Of a DNA stretch of 64,000 nucleotides, positions 44,515 to 53,738 are shown one piece after another. The DNA comes from Segetibacter sp. Lineage in GTDB: Bacteria > Bacteroidota > Bacteroidia > Chitinophagales > Chitinophagaceae. The stretch's first letter is position 1. Each line of letters opens with the position of its first letter. The position numbers were made by a program, and so were the translations under genes. Location of the stretch: contig JANPGE010000211.1 of the NCBI GenBank assembly GCA_031423805.1, positions 8,654 through 72,653 of the forward strand. The letters are read 5' to 3'. The notes below the pieces were generated by a model. That model did no database searches. It was given only the letters and a program-made list of their open reading frames with translations, and was not told the DNA's origin.

Positions 44515-44675
44515 ATTGAAATGGGTACGAAACTACGCTAAATAGACGTTTATCGTTCCTTGATTCTGATTACTCCATACAGAAGCAAGTTAGGTGGTTA
44601 ACTTTTATTATGAAAGGTTTTTTCATCTGCAACTTGGATTATGGAAATGAGAAGTAGAAATTCACACTAAAATAG

Positions 44676-44683
44676 TAAGTTTG
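44676..44683 (+). promoter_or_regulatory. Candidate -7 box TAAGTTTG
   Basis: Exact TAnnTTTG match immediately upstream of the GTTCAC operator array. Confidence 0.35.
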
Positions 44684-44684
44684 T

Positions 44685-44736
44685 GTTCACAAATATCAAC
44701 TGTTCACGTTTTCGTGAACATAAAACCTAAGTGAAC
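44685..44736 (+). promoter_or_regulatory. Operator-like array of four GTTCAC/GTGAAC half-sites, including a perfect inverted repeat
   Basis: GTTCAC at 44685-44690; TGTTCACG-TTTT-CGTGAACA at 44701-44720 (8-bp arms); GTGAAC at 44731-44736, overlapping the GTG/ATG start region of the downstream wHTH gene. Confidence 0.6.
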
Positions 44737-45732
44737 ATGACAGAGCAGGAAATCATATACATGGCTTTGGAAAATCTACATAAGAATGCTCACATTGAAG
44801 CTGTTTGGGAAAGGTTTTCTCAAAAAGAAGTGGATGGACAGGCAATATTCCATATTGACAATCAACAGTTGAAATACTATGTTGAAATAAAGAATGAGCT
44901 GCGAAGCCACCAACTCCAGCAGATAATAGGATTTGCAGAACAATACAAACCCTTTATGGTAGCTGCAACACGTCTATATCCAAAAATTAAAGAGGAACTT
45001 AGGCAGAACAATATTGCATACATAGAAGCAAATGGAAATATTTATTTGAAACATGGAAAAACCTTGTTGTGGATTGATGCGAACAAACCAATAGAAACCC
45101 AACAGGAGAATGTAAACAGGGCATTTACAAAAACAGGTCTTAAAGTAGTGTTTCAGTTTCTGTTAGATGAAGCTTTTATAAACAAACCATATCGGCATAT
45201 AGCGGCATTAACAGAGACAGGCATTGGAAACGTTACAAACATTATTAAAGGTTTAAAGCAGGGAGGCTTTTTACTTACCGTTGCTAAAAACAAATATCGA
45301 TTTGACAACAAACCCGCTTTATTACAAAAATGGGTTGCAGCCTACCATCTCAGGCTGAAACCAACATTGAAGCAGGGAACCTTTCGCTTTCTAAAAACAG
45401 AAGATTTCAATAACTGGAAAAACCTGCACTTAAATGGTGAAACAAAATGGGGTAGCGAACCGGCAGGAGATTTATTAACCAATTATTTGAAACCGGCAGA
45501 ACTCACCTTATACACCACAGAAACCCGGAACGATTTGATAAAAAACTACCGGATGGTTCCTGATGAAAAGGGAAATATCAAGGTATTTAAAAAGTTTTGG
45601 CATAACGATGAAAGGAATGATAACGTAGTAGCGCCGTTATTAGCCTATACAGACCTAATAAACACAAACGACGGCAGATGTATTGAAACAGCACAAAAAC
45701 TTTATGAACAATATTTACAAGACAAATTTTGA
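44731..45732 (+). CDS. wHTH-containing putative regulator/antitoxin (AbiEi-like) with an N-terminal PD-(D/E)XK-like motif
   Basis: 333 aa; the likely true start is the ATG at 44737. VDGQAIFHI...YYVEIKNEL resembles D...ExK, and ALTETGIGNVTNIIKGLKQGGFLL is HTH-like. It is paired with the downstream nucleotidyltransferase. Confidence 0.5.
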   Translation: MNMTEQEIIYMALENLHKNAHIEAVWERFSQKEVDGQAIFHIDNQQLKYYVEIKNELRSHQLQQIIGFAEQYKPFMVAATRLYPKIKEELRQNNIAYIEANGNIYLKHGKTLLWIDANKPIETQQENVNRAFTKTGLKVVFQFLLDEAFINKPYRHIAALTETGIGNVTNIIKGLKQGGFLLTVAKNKYRFDNKPALLQKWVAAYHLRLKPTLKQGTFRFLKTEDFNNWKNLHLNGETKWGSEPAGDLLTNYLKPAELTLYTTETRNDLIKNYRMVPDEKGNIKVFKKFWHNDERNDNVVAPLLAYTDLINTNDGRCIETAQKLYEQYLQDKF

Positions 45733-46540
45733 TGAGGTTAAGGAAGTATATAAAGGAATATTTGATGCCTTGGAGAGGGCATTAAAAAAATTTGATATAG
45801 ACTACTATTTGATAGGAGCCCAATCGAGAGATGTTTGGACGAACCATCTGGATTTAGATAAAAGAACAACAAGAGACATAGATTACTGTGTATATGTAAA
45901 AGACCTTCACACTTGGAACAATCTTACGGAATATCTGATAAAAGAGGAACGCTTTAAAAGAGACGAAAAAAAGCCATACCGGTTCTATTATAGTGAAATA
46001 GTTGACCTGATACCATTTGGTGGTATAGAAGAAAATGGTGAGGTTGTATTAACTAACCCAACAACTGAATTGTCGGTATATGGGTGTAAAGAAGTCACCG
46101 AGGAAGCTGTAATAATTGAAGGTAATTTTAAAGTAGTGACTGTGGCTGGATTATGTGTTATGAAACTGATAGCATACAATGAAAAACCAGATAGCAGGGC
46201 AAAAGACATAGAAGATTTCTATTTCATTGTGAAAAATTACCATGAAATAGCTGGTGAAGAATTATTTGAAGGAAATTTTGGTGACCTTTTAGTTGATGAT
46301 TTTGAAATGCAGATTGCATCCGCAAGAATGCTTGGCAGACACATGACACCCATTTTAAAAAAGAACAACGCATTGAAAGAAAAAATACTTGATATACTAA
46401 ATCACCAATTAAGAGGTTTTGGCGAAACCGATATTAACCAAATGTATGAAGTAAGAGAGAACAATGATGAATTAGTACTTAAGTTTAAATTGGTTTTAGA
46501 AACTATAAAAGGAATAATAGATACAGAAAATTCAGGCTAA
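45683..46540 (+). CDS. Nucleotidyltransferase-fold protein (AbiEii/MNT-like putative toxin)
   Basis: LIGAQSRDVWTNHLDLDKRTTRDIDYCVYV fits the minimal NTase pattern G[GA]xS...DhD. It overlaps the upstream gene by 29-50 nt depending on the start (45683 or 45704). Confidence 0.55.
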   Translation: MKQHKNFMNNIYKTNFDEVKEVYKGIFDALERALKKFDIDYYLIGAQSRDVWTNHLDLDKRTTRDIDYCVYVKDLHTWNNLTEYLIKEERFKRDEKKPYRFYYSEIVDLIPFGGIEENGEVVLTNPTTELSVYGCKEVTEEAVIIEGNFKVVTVAGLCVMKLIAYNEKPDSRAKDIEDFYFIVKNYHEIAGEELFEGNFGDLLVDDFEMQIASARMLGRHMTPILKKNNALKEKILDILNHQLRGFGETDINQMYEVRENNDELVLKFKLVLETIKGIIDTENSG

Positions 46541-46656
46541 AAAATTTTGAAGTTAGCAATGCCTTAACTAACTGAAGTTGTCCTCGCTTAGTAGTTTACG
46601 TTAAACAAAACCTCCAGCTTTCTTGCTACTTGCTACTAACATCTTGTTACTACTCC

Positions 46657-46664
46657 TATCTTTG
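46657..46664 (+). promoter_or_regulatory. Candidate -7 box TATCTTTG
   Basis: Exact TAnnTTTG match ending 5 nt before the ATG at 46670. Confidence 0.35.
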
Positions 46665-46669
46665 CCCCC

Positions 46670-47473
46670 ATGTTAAAACAAACGGTAATAGCCGCAGCCC
46701 ATGCAGGAGCCCTGGTTTTGAAAAAATATTTTAACGGACAATTTACCATTGCCAGCAAAACCGGTCTAAATGATCTGGTAACGCAAGCTGATAATGAAGC
46801 AGAAGATGAAATCATAAAAGTGATACGCCAACAATTTCCCGAACACTTTATTTTAAGCGAAGAGGCCGGGGAGTTGACTACAGAAAGTAACATAAAATGG
46901 ATCATTGACCCTATTGACGGTACTGTAAATTTTGCCCACGGCATTCCGATTTGTTGTGTAAGTATAGGTGTAGAACAGGATGGCGAAATGATATTGGGAG
47001 TTGTTTATAATCCTTTTATGAACGAATTTTTCTTTGCAGAAAAAGGAAAAGGCGCTACGCTTAATGACAAAAAAATAAGCGTAAGCACCAAATCTGATTT
47101 GGGCACAAGTTGTTTGGTAACAGGTTTTCCCTACGCTTATCTTGATATGCCCAACGGGCCTTTGCAGGTTTTTGAAAAAATGATAAGACAGGGCATACCG
47201 GTGAGGCGTTTGGGTAGTGCAGCTTTGGATTTATGTTGGGTAGCTGCGGGCCGCTTTGATGGATTCTATGAACATAACCTGAAGGCATGGGACAGCGCAG
47301 CAGGTTTTTTGATAGTTGAGGAAGCAGGTGGCATGGTTACAGATTTTAGCGGTAATTATTATTCACCTTATCAGCCAAGTATTGCTGCAACCAATGGACA
47401 TATACATGAAGAAATGTTATTAGCGGTTAACGGAAAATGGAATCCTGAACAATACAATTACAAACCTTTATAG
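46670..47473 (+). CDS. suhB: Inositol monophosphatase family protein (SuhB-like)
   Basis: LSEEAG, WIIDPIDGTVNFAHG and WDSAAGFLIVEEAGG are the IMPase signature motifs. Confidence 0.85.
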   Translation: MLKQTVIAAAHAGALVLKKYFNGQFTIASKTGLNDLVTQADNEAEDEIIKVIRQQFPEHFILSEEAGELTTESNIKWIIDPIDGTVNFAHGIPICCVSIGVEQDGEMILGVVYNPFMNEFFFAEKGKGATLNDKKISVSTKSDLGTSCLVTGFPYAYLDMPNGPLQVFEKMIRQGIPVRRLGSAALDLCWVAAGRFDGFYEHNLKAWDSAAGFLIVEEAGGMVTDFSGNYYSPYQPSIAATNGHIHEEMLLAVNGKWNPEQYNYKPL

Positions 47474-47486
47474 ATTATAAACAACT

Positions 47487-48521
47487 ATGGACAACAGAAC
47501 AGAAATATCAGAGTTGGGTGAGTTTGGACTAATAGACCATCTGACCAAAAACTTTGAAATACAAAACGCCTCTACCATATTAAGCATTGGCGATGATGCA
47601 GCAGTGATTGATCATTTTGGCAAACAAACAGTTATTTCAACTGATATGTTGGTCGAAAGCATCCACTTTGACCTCATGTACACACCGCTCAAACATTTGG
47701 GTTATAAAAGTGTAGTGGTAAACCTTAGCGATATATATGCTATGAATGCTACACCTACACAAATAACCATGAATATTGCTTTCAGCAACCGATTTAGCCT
47801 GGAGGCGCTTGACGATTTTTATGAAGGTGTATATGCAGCCTGCGAAAAATACAATGTTGACCTTATAGGTGGGGACACAAGTTCTTCCCAAAAAGGATTC
47901 ATCATAAGCGTAACGGCAATAGGCGAAATTGTAGCTGATAAAATTGTAAAAAGAAGTGGGGCCAAAAAAGGAGATTTAATTTGTGTGAGCGGCGACCTGG
48001 GCGGGGCATTCTTAGGGCTTACCTTGCTTGAAAGAGAAAAACAAATCTATCTTGAAAATCCTGCAATACAACCCGACCTGGAACAACAGGAATATATAGT
48101 AGGCCGTATGCTAAAACCCGAAGCTAGAAAAGATATTATAGACTTTTTTGAGCAAAACAATATACTGCCAACCAGCATGATGGATGTAAGCGACGGGCTT
48201 AGTAGTGAAGTATTACATCTTTGCAAGCAAAGCAATGTAGGCTGCATGTTGTATGAGGATAAAATTCCTGTGAATGATGATGCAAAACAATACGCCTATA
48301 AATTGGAACTTGACCCCACTGCCTGTGCATTGAGTGGCGGCGAAGATTATGAATTGGTATTTACATTGCCTCAATCAGAATATGACAAACTAGTTTTGAA
48401 TGAACAAATTTCAGTGATCGGGTACATTACGGATATAGAAGAAGGTGTACACATTACAACAAAAGGTGGCAATACACATAAACTGACTGCGCAGGGCTGG
48501 AACGCATTTTCAGGAAAATAG
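47487..48521 (+). CDS. thiL: Thiamine-monophosphate kinase
   Basis: ISELGEFGLIDHL, IGDDAAVI, STDMLVESIHF and GGDTSSS are the AIR-synthase-like ThiL motifs. Confidence 0.85.
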   Translation: MDNRTEISELGEFGLIDHLTKNFEIQNASTILSIGDDAAVIDHFGKQTVISTDMLVESIHFDLMYTPLKHLGYKSVVVNLSDIYAMNATPTQITMNIAFSNRFSLEALDDFYEGVYAACEKYNVDLIGGDTSSSQKGFIISVTAIGEIVADKIVKRSGAKKGDLICVSGDLGGAFLGLTLLEREKQIYLENPAIQPDLEQQEYIVGRMLKPEARKDIIDFFEQNNILPTSMMDVSDGLSSEVLHLCKQSNVGCMLYEDKIPVNDDAKQYAYKLELDPTACALSGGEDYELVFTLPQSEYDKLVLNEQISVIGYITDIEEGVHITTKGGNTHKLTAQGWNAFSGK

Positions 48522-48539
48522 TATGGAAATATCAACGAA

Positions 48540-50036
48540 ATGTTCAAACGGAAATTATTGAGGGCTTATGGGTGGTTGTTCAGTTTTTTAGTTTTCGTTA
48601 TTTTCTCATGCAGTGTAGAAAAAAGAAACTTTACTCCAGAAAAAAAATACAGTGCTAAGCAGTTAAAAGAAGATTTTAGTACACTTGAAGCTATTCTTCA
48701 TCATAGTCATCCTGGTTTGTATTGGTATGCTTCTAAAGATTCTGTAGATGGATATTTCAAATCAGCTTTTGCAGATTTAAATGATTCGCTAACAGAGCAG
48801 CAGTTTAGAAATAAAATATCTTATGCAGTTAGTAAAATTCATTGTGGCCACACCTCTGTTCGTCCATCAAAAAAATATGCCGCTTATTTTACAAAAAATA
48901 AAACGCCACAGTTTCCACTATCGCTGAAGCTTTGGAAAGATTCTGCTTTGGTTACTCAAAACATTATTAAAAGCGATTCTGTCTTAAAACGAGGGACAAT
49001 AATAAAAAGCATTAATGGCCGAAGCCTTACTTTTATTCGTGATAGTATTTTTCAATTAATTGGAACAGATGGTTACGCCAATGTTTTTAAATTTCAGGCA
49101 GTTAGCAACAATTTTCCTGGCTATTATAAAAATGCTTTTGGTATAGACAGTGAGTATGCAATTAAATACGTTGATACTTTGGGATACGAAAATGTAGCTT
49201 TTATCAAAAATTATTTTCCAAAAAAAGATTCCGTTGTAGAGAAATTGTTGCAAGACACTATAACAAAAAGACAAAGAAAAATTCAGGAATTAGCATTTAA
49301 ACGAAGTATCATTATTGATACAATGCTCCATACTGCAATAATGCCTGTTAATACATTTAGCGAAGGAAAACTGGGAAAGTTTTTTAGAAGGAGCTTTAAA
49401 AAAATACGGGAAGAAAAGGTTGAAAATTTAATTATTGATCTTAGAATAAATACGGGTGGAGATGTACAGGCTTGTACAAAACTTTTGCAATATTTGACTG
49501 ATCAACCTTTTATAGTTGCAGATACGGTAATAGCCAACTCTAAAACATTTATTCTTAAAAAAAATATCAAACCATGGTTTATTTATTGGTTAAGTATGCT
49601 TGTTTCAGGACGACGATATAAGGATAACACTATTCATTTCAGGTATTTTGAAAAACATATTTATCAGCTAAAAAAGCAAAACCATTTTGATGGAAAAATA
49701 TATCTAATTACTGGAGGTCTTACTTTTTCAGGTGCTACGCTTGTTGCCGGAAAATTGAAAGGTCAGCAAAACGTAACGATTGTTGGGGAGGAAACCGGAG
49801 GTGGCTATTATGGTAATAATGCAATTTTTTTACCCACTATCACCCTGCCAAACACGGGTATAAGGGTTACGCTTCCCCTATACAGAGTTGTTTGGGATAG
49901 TACAAGGATTAAAAATGGCAGGGGCGTTTTTCCTGATGTAGAGGTAAGACCCAACGCCATTCAATTAAAAAAGGGAATTGATGTAAAAATGGAAAAAGCA
50001 AAAAGTATCATCAAAAAGAATTGGGAAAAACATTAA
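48540..50036 (+). CDS. S41 family peptidase
   Basis: Signal or anchor sequence, then IIDLRINTGGDV and LITGGLTFSGATLVAGKLKG (S41 core). Confidence 0.7.
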   Translation: MFKRKLLRAYGWLFSFLVFVIFSCSVEKRNFTPEKKYSAKQLKEDFSTLEAILHHSHPGLYWYASKDSVDGYFKSAFADLNDSLTEQQFRNKISYAVSKIHCGHTSVRPSKKYAAYFTKNKTPQFPLSLKLWKDSALVTQNIIKSDSVLKRGTIIKSINGRSLTFIRDSIFQLIGTDGYANVFKFQAVSNNFPGYYKNAFGIDSEYAIKYVDTLGYENVAFIKNYFPKKDSVVEKLLQDTITKRQRKIQELAFKRSIIIDTMLHTAIMPVNTFSEGKLGKFFRRSFKKIREEKVENLIIDLRINTGGDVQACTKLLQYLTDQPFIVADTVIANSKTFILKKNIKPWFIYWLSMLVSGRRYKDNTIHFRYFEKHIYQLKKQNHFDGKIYLITGGLTFSGATLVAGKLKGQQNVTIVGEETGGGYYGNNAIFLPTITLPNTGIRVTLPLYRVVWDSTRIKNGRGVFPDVEVRPNAIQLKKGIDVKMEKAKSIIKKNWEKH

Positions 50037-50269
50037 ACCCCTCCCTTGTCCTCTGGTGATGGGTGCTTAATATAATTCTCAATTGCTTTTTCCTTGTCCC
50101 GGGTTTTTTCTTTTTGTACCTCATCATCCCATTTTGCGGATTGTTCACTTAACCCTTCTTTGATTTTAATTATTCCCTGACCTTCATTTTGCCCAATGCC
50201 CCCGGTATCGCTTGGGTCGGTTGGCATTGGGTCTTTTGCAGGTTCAGGCTTATTTTTTTGTTTTTCCAT
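50033..50269 (-). CDS. Hypothetical small charged/disordered protein
   Basis: 78 aa from the internal ATG (MEKQKNKPEPAKDP...). Low complexity, no motif. Its 3' end overlaps the S41 stop by 4 nt in convergent orientation. Confidence 0.3.
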   Translation of the reverse strand: MEKQKNKPEPAKDPMPTDPSDTGGIGQNEGQGIIKIKEGLSEQSAKWDDEVQKEKTRDKEKAIENYIKHPSPEDKGGV

Positions 50270-50504
50270 TTTTGCTTTTTTAGAATATATGCAAAAATAA
50301 AACCCGCTAAACAATGGTGGCCCAATGTGAGCTTAGCTATCCGGAAAAAATTTAGAGTTTGATGAATTGATACCCAACACAAATAATGGAGAACACCCTA
50401 GTGGAGGAGAAGATAATATGAGTATGCACAAAAATGCTTAGCTACAAAACATATTAAATAACATCTGCAGCAAAATGCAAATAAGGAAAACGTAAAACGG
50501 TTCG

Positions 50505-50512
50505 TATTTTTG
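50505..50512 (+). promoter_or_regulatory. Candidate -7 box TATTTTTG
   Basis: Exact TAnnTTTG match ending 4 nt before the ATG at 50517. Confidence 0.35.
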
Positions 50513-50516
50513 CTGC

Positions 50517-51917
50517 ATGAAACGTAAGCGGATAGTCCTCCAAAACCTGGTAATGGAAAGTTATGCAGCAGAAGGTAAATCATTGGCAAGAGTAGATGGC
50601 AAAGTCATATTTGTAGAAAATACTATTCCCGGAGATGAGGTAGATGTGCTTTTGAGAAAAAATAAAAAAGACTGGGCCGAAGGTATTGCGATTCATTTTC
50701 ACAATTATAGCAACCTTCGAATTGAACCGTTTTGTCAGCATTTTGGTATATGTGGTGGTTGTCAATGGCAAATGCTTCCTTATGAACAACAACTGATATA
50801 TAAACAGCAACAAGTGATTGATAATCTTAAGCGCATTGGAAAGGTTGATCTTCCTGAAATAATGCCCATTATTGGTGCCGATCAAACTACCCGCTACCGC
50901 AATAAAATGGAGTACACATTTGCCAATAAGCGTTTTCTTTTACCGGAGGAAATAAAAAACCCCGACATATCAAGCGAGGCAATGGTTGCCGGATTTCATG
51001 CCCGTGGTTTTTTTGATAAAGTAGTTCCTATTATAGAATGTCACCTTCAGGCCGAACCTACGAACTACATTAGGTTGGCAGTAGTAGAATATGCCAAACT
51101 CCATAACCTGTCGCACTATGACATCAGAAACCATACAGGATATTTGCGCAATGTAGTAATACGCATAGCTACTACGGGAGAAATAATGGTGAACATTGTA
51201 ATAGCACATGAAGACAAAAAAGCACGTACAGAACTGTTGGAATATATCTCTGCAAAATTTCCTGAAATAACAACCTTGCTTTATACGATAAATCCAAAAA
51301 TGAATGATAGCCTTTACGATTTAGAACCGCAAATATTTAGCGGCAAAGGCTATATAATAGAAAAGCTGGAAGATTTTGAATTTAAAATTTCACCCAAATC
51401 ATTTTTTCAAACCAATACCCGGCAGGGCGAAAAGCTGTATGAAGTAGCTAGAACTTTTGCAGAACTGACCGGACAACAAACAGTTTATGACCTGTACTGC
51501 GGCACCGGTAGCATAGGCATATTTGTAAGTAAAATGGCTGGTAAAATTGTAGGTGTAGAAACAGTGGAGGATGCCATAAAAGATGCAAAAGAAAATGCGC
51601 TGCTAAACAATCTGGGCAATGCATCATTTTTTGCAGGCGATGTAATAGACATTTGTAATGATGAATTTTTTGAACAGAATGGAAAGCCCGATGTTATTAT
51701 TACAGATCCGCCACGGGTAGGCATGCACGAAAAACTTGTGAAAAAACTACTGGATATTGCAGCACCGGTTATTGTATATGTCAGTTGCAATCCTGCAACA
51801 CAAGCCCGTGATTTGGCATTACTTAACGAAAAATATGAAGTCACTAAGATTCAGCCGGTTGATATGTTTCCACATACCCTTCATATTGAAAATGTAGTTC
51901 AATTAAAACTTCGCTAA
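50517..51917 (+). CDS. rlmD: 23S rRNA (uracil-5-)-methyltransferase RlmD/RumA
   Basis: TRAM-like N-terminus; Fe-S cysteines CQHFGICGGCQWQ; SAM motif DLYCGTGSIG; catalytic VSCNPATQARD. Confidence 0.9.
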   Translation: MKRKRIVLQNLVMESYAAEGKSLARVDGKVIFVENTIPGDEVDVLLRKNKKDWAEGIAIHFHNYSNLRIEPFCQHFGICGGCQWQMLPYEQQLIYKQQQVIDNLKRIGKVDLPEIMPIIGADQTTRYRNKMEYTFANKRFLLPEEIKNPDISSEAMVAGFHARGFFDKVVPIIECHLQAEPTNYIRLAVVEYAKLHNLSHYDIRNHTGYLRNVVIRIATTGEIMVNIVIAHEDKKARTELLEYISAKFPEITTLLYTINPKMNDSLYDLEPQIFSGKGYIIEKLEDFEFKISPKSFFQTNTRQGEKLYEVARTFAELTGQQTVYDLYCGTGSIGIFVSKMAGKIVGVETVEDAIKDAKENALLNNLGNASFFAGDVIDICNDEFFEQNGKPDVIITDPPRVGMHEKLVKKLLDIAAPVIVYVSCNPATQARDLALLNEKYEVTKIQPVDMFPHTLHIENVVQLKLR

Positions 51918-51960
51918 CTTTTACAGACCTACATTTGTATAAAGTACGCATTATTCAGTT

Positions 51961-52788
51961 ATGACAGAATTTAGACCCAATCGCTTTGAAACATTGCCCA
52001 TTGTTATAAAAAACCTACTTATAATTAATGGTTTATTTTTTTTAGCGCAGATTACAATTGGCAAAAGCGGATATATAAACATGGAGCAACTTTTTGGTCT
52101 GCACCATGTAAAATCTACTTATTTTCAACCCTGGCAACTTATAACACATCTTTTTTTACATGGCGGTTTTCTTCATATTGCATTAAATATGTTTGGTTTG
52201 TGGATGTTTGGTTCTACTCTTGAAACATTGTGGGGGCCTAAACGTTTTCTTACATTTTATTTATTATGTGGCTTGGGTGCCGGCATAATACAATTAGCCT
52301 CACTTTGGTATGAATATAATGATTTACTCAACAATTTTATTGCTTTAAAAAACAATCCTAATATTGATAAAATAATAGCTTTTTATAAAACCTACGGACT
52401 AAATCATGATACCAAAAGCATGAATTTATTACAAACCTATTATGATAACGATGGTTCACCGCAGGCAACTGCAGCGGTTGTAAAAAACATTTCTTACTAC
52501 ACCAACGAGTTTATAAGTAATCCAACTATTGGGGCAAGTGGGGCTGTCTTTGGATGTGTGGCCGCATTTATATATCTTTTTCCTAATACTTCTTTTATTT
52601 TTATCTTCTTACCAATCCCGGTAAAAGCCAAATGGATGGGCTTGTATTATTTTATTTATGAACTTTGGGGTGCTATTGCAAATAATCCGGGAGATAATGT
52701 TGCACATTGGGCACATATTGGCGGGGGGATAGTTGGCTTTTTATTGGTACTAACATGGAATAAAAAAGACAGAAGAAACTTTTACTAG
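51961..52788 (+). CDS. Rhomboid family intramembrane serine protease
   Basis: HLFLHGGFLHIALNMFGLW, GASGAVFG (catalytic Ser) and HIGGGIVG (catalytic His). Confidence 0.85.
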   Translation: MTEFRPNRFETLPIVIKNLLIINGLFFLAQITIGKSGYINMEQLFGLHHVKSTYFQPWQLITHLFLHGGFLHIALNMFGLWMFGSTLETLWGPKRFLTFYLLCGLGAGIIQLASLWYEYNDLLNNFIALKNNPNIDKIIAFYKTYGLNHDTKSMNLLQTYYDNDGSPQATAAVVKNISYYTNEFISNPTIGASGAVFGCVAAFIYLFPNTSFIFIFLPIPVKAKWMGLYYFIYELWGAIANNPGDNVAHWAHIGGGIVGFLLVLTWNKKDRRNFY

Positions 52789-52816
52789 TAATAAAGCGTT
52801 ATAAACAATTTCAAGT

Positions 52817-53734
52817 ATGAACATTTTAGAACAACATAGCAGAAGGAAGGTTTTACTAGGGCAAGATGGTAACTCGCTTGTCTTTTTGCTTGCAGTAAAT
52901 GTCATACTTTTTATACTTTTAAGCTTTGTAAAAGTTGTTTACCTTGTTAACGACAGTACTGCAGATGCATTCAGAGGACAGGTTTTTAGCTGGCTTACAG
53001 TACCTGCACAACCCATGGTTTTGGCCTCAAGACCCTGGTCTTTGCTCACTTACATGTTTGCCCATTTTGACTTTTGGGATTTGTTTAGCAGTATGTGTTG
53101 GTTATGGGCATTTGGGTACATTTTGCAAAACCTTACCGGCAACAAGAAATTAATCCCTGTATATCTATATGGTGGCCTTGCGGGTTCTATTACATTTTTT
53201 CTATTATCAAATCTGGTTCCGGCAATCAGGGTCAATATCAACAGTGTTTACCCATTAATGGGGGCAGGACCTGCAGTTATGGCTGTAGCTATTGCAACCA
53301 CTACTTTAGCTCCACAATACAGCATATTTCCACAGTTAAAATTTCCACTTTGGGCTATGACTTTGGTGTTTGTAATCATAAGGGTGGGCACAGTAGGTGC
53401 AGGCAATTATGGGCATGCCGCAGCTTTAGTAGCGGGTGGTTGTATAGGGTTTCTCTTTGCATGGCAGCTACAAAAAGGAAACGATTGGGGTCAGTGGATG
53501 AGTGATATGGTCAATTGGATGAATGATCTTTTTAACCCAAATAAAAAAAGACAAGCATACTCACCCAAAGATGAATTTTTCTATAAGACAATCCAAAAGC
53601 CTTTTGAAAAAATACCCCATGTAACACAGCAGCGGGTTGATGAATTGTTAGATAAAATAAACAGCAAGGGATATTATTCCCTGACCGAAGAAGAAAAGAA
53701 TTTCCTGAAAAAAGCAAGTAAGGAGGAACTTTAA
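52817..53734 (+). CDS. Rhomboid-like protein lacking the catalytic serine (probable pseudoprotease)
   Basis: Rhomboid-like TM layout, but the GxSG position reads MGAGPAVMA and the HxxxxHxxxN position reads HFDFWDLFSSM. The TM6 His is retained (YGHAAALVAGG). Confidence 0.7.
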   Translation: MNILEQHSRRKVLLGQDGNSLVFLLAVNVILFILLSFVKVVYLVNDSTADAFRGQVFSWLTVPAQPMVLASRPWSLLTYMFAHFDFWDLFSSMCWLWAFGYILQNLTGNKKLIPVYLYGGLAGSITFFLLSNLVPAIRVNINSVYPLMGAGPAVMAVAIATTTLAPQYSIFPQLKFPLWAMTLVFVIIRVGTVGAGNYGHAAALVAGGCIGFLFAWQLQKGNDWGQWMSDMVNWMNDLFNPNKKRQAYSPKDEFFYKTIQKPFEKIPHVTQQRVDELLDKINSKGYYSLTEEEKNFLKKASKEEL

Positions 53735-53738
53735 TTGC

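Noticed and set aside
46636-46944. 102-aa minus-strand ORF overlapping the suhB-like start
   Set aside because: It lies antisense to a CDS with clear IMPase motifs.
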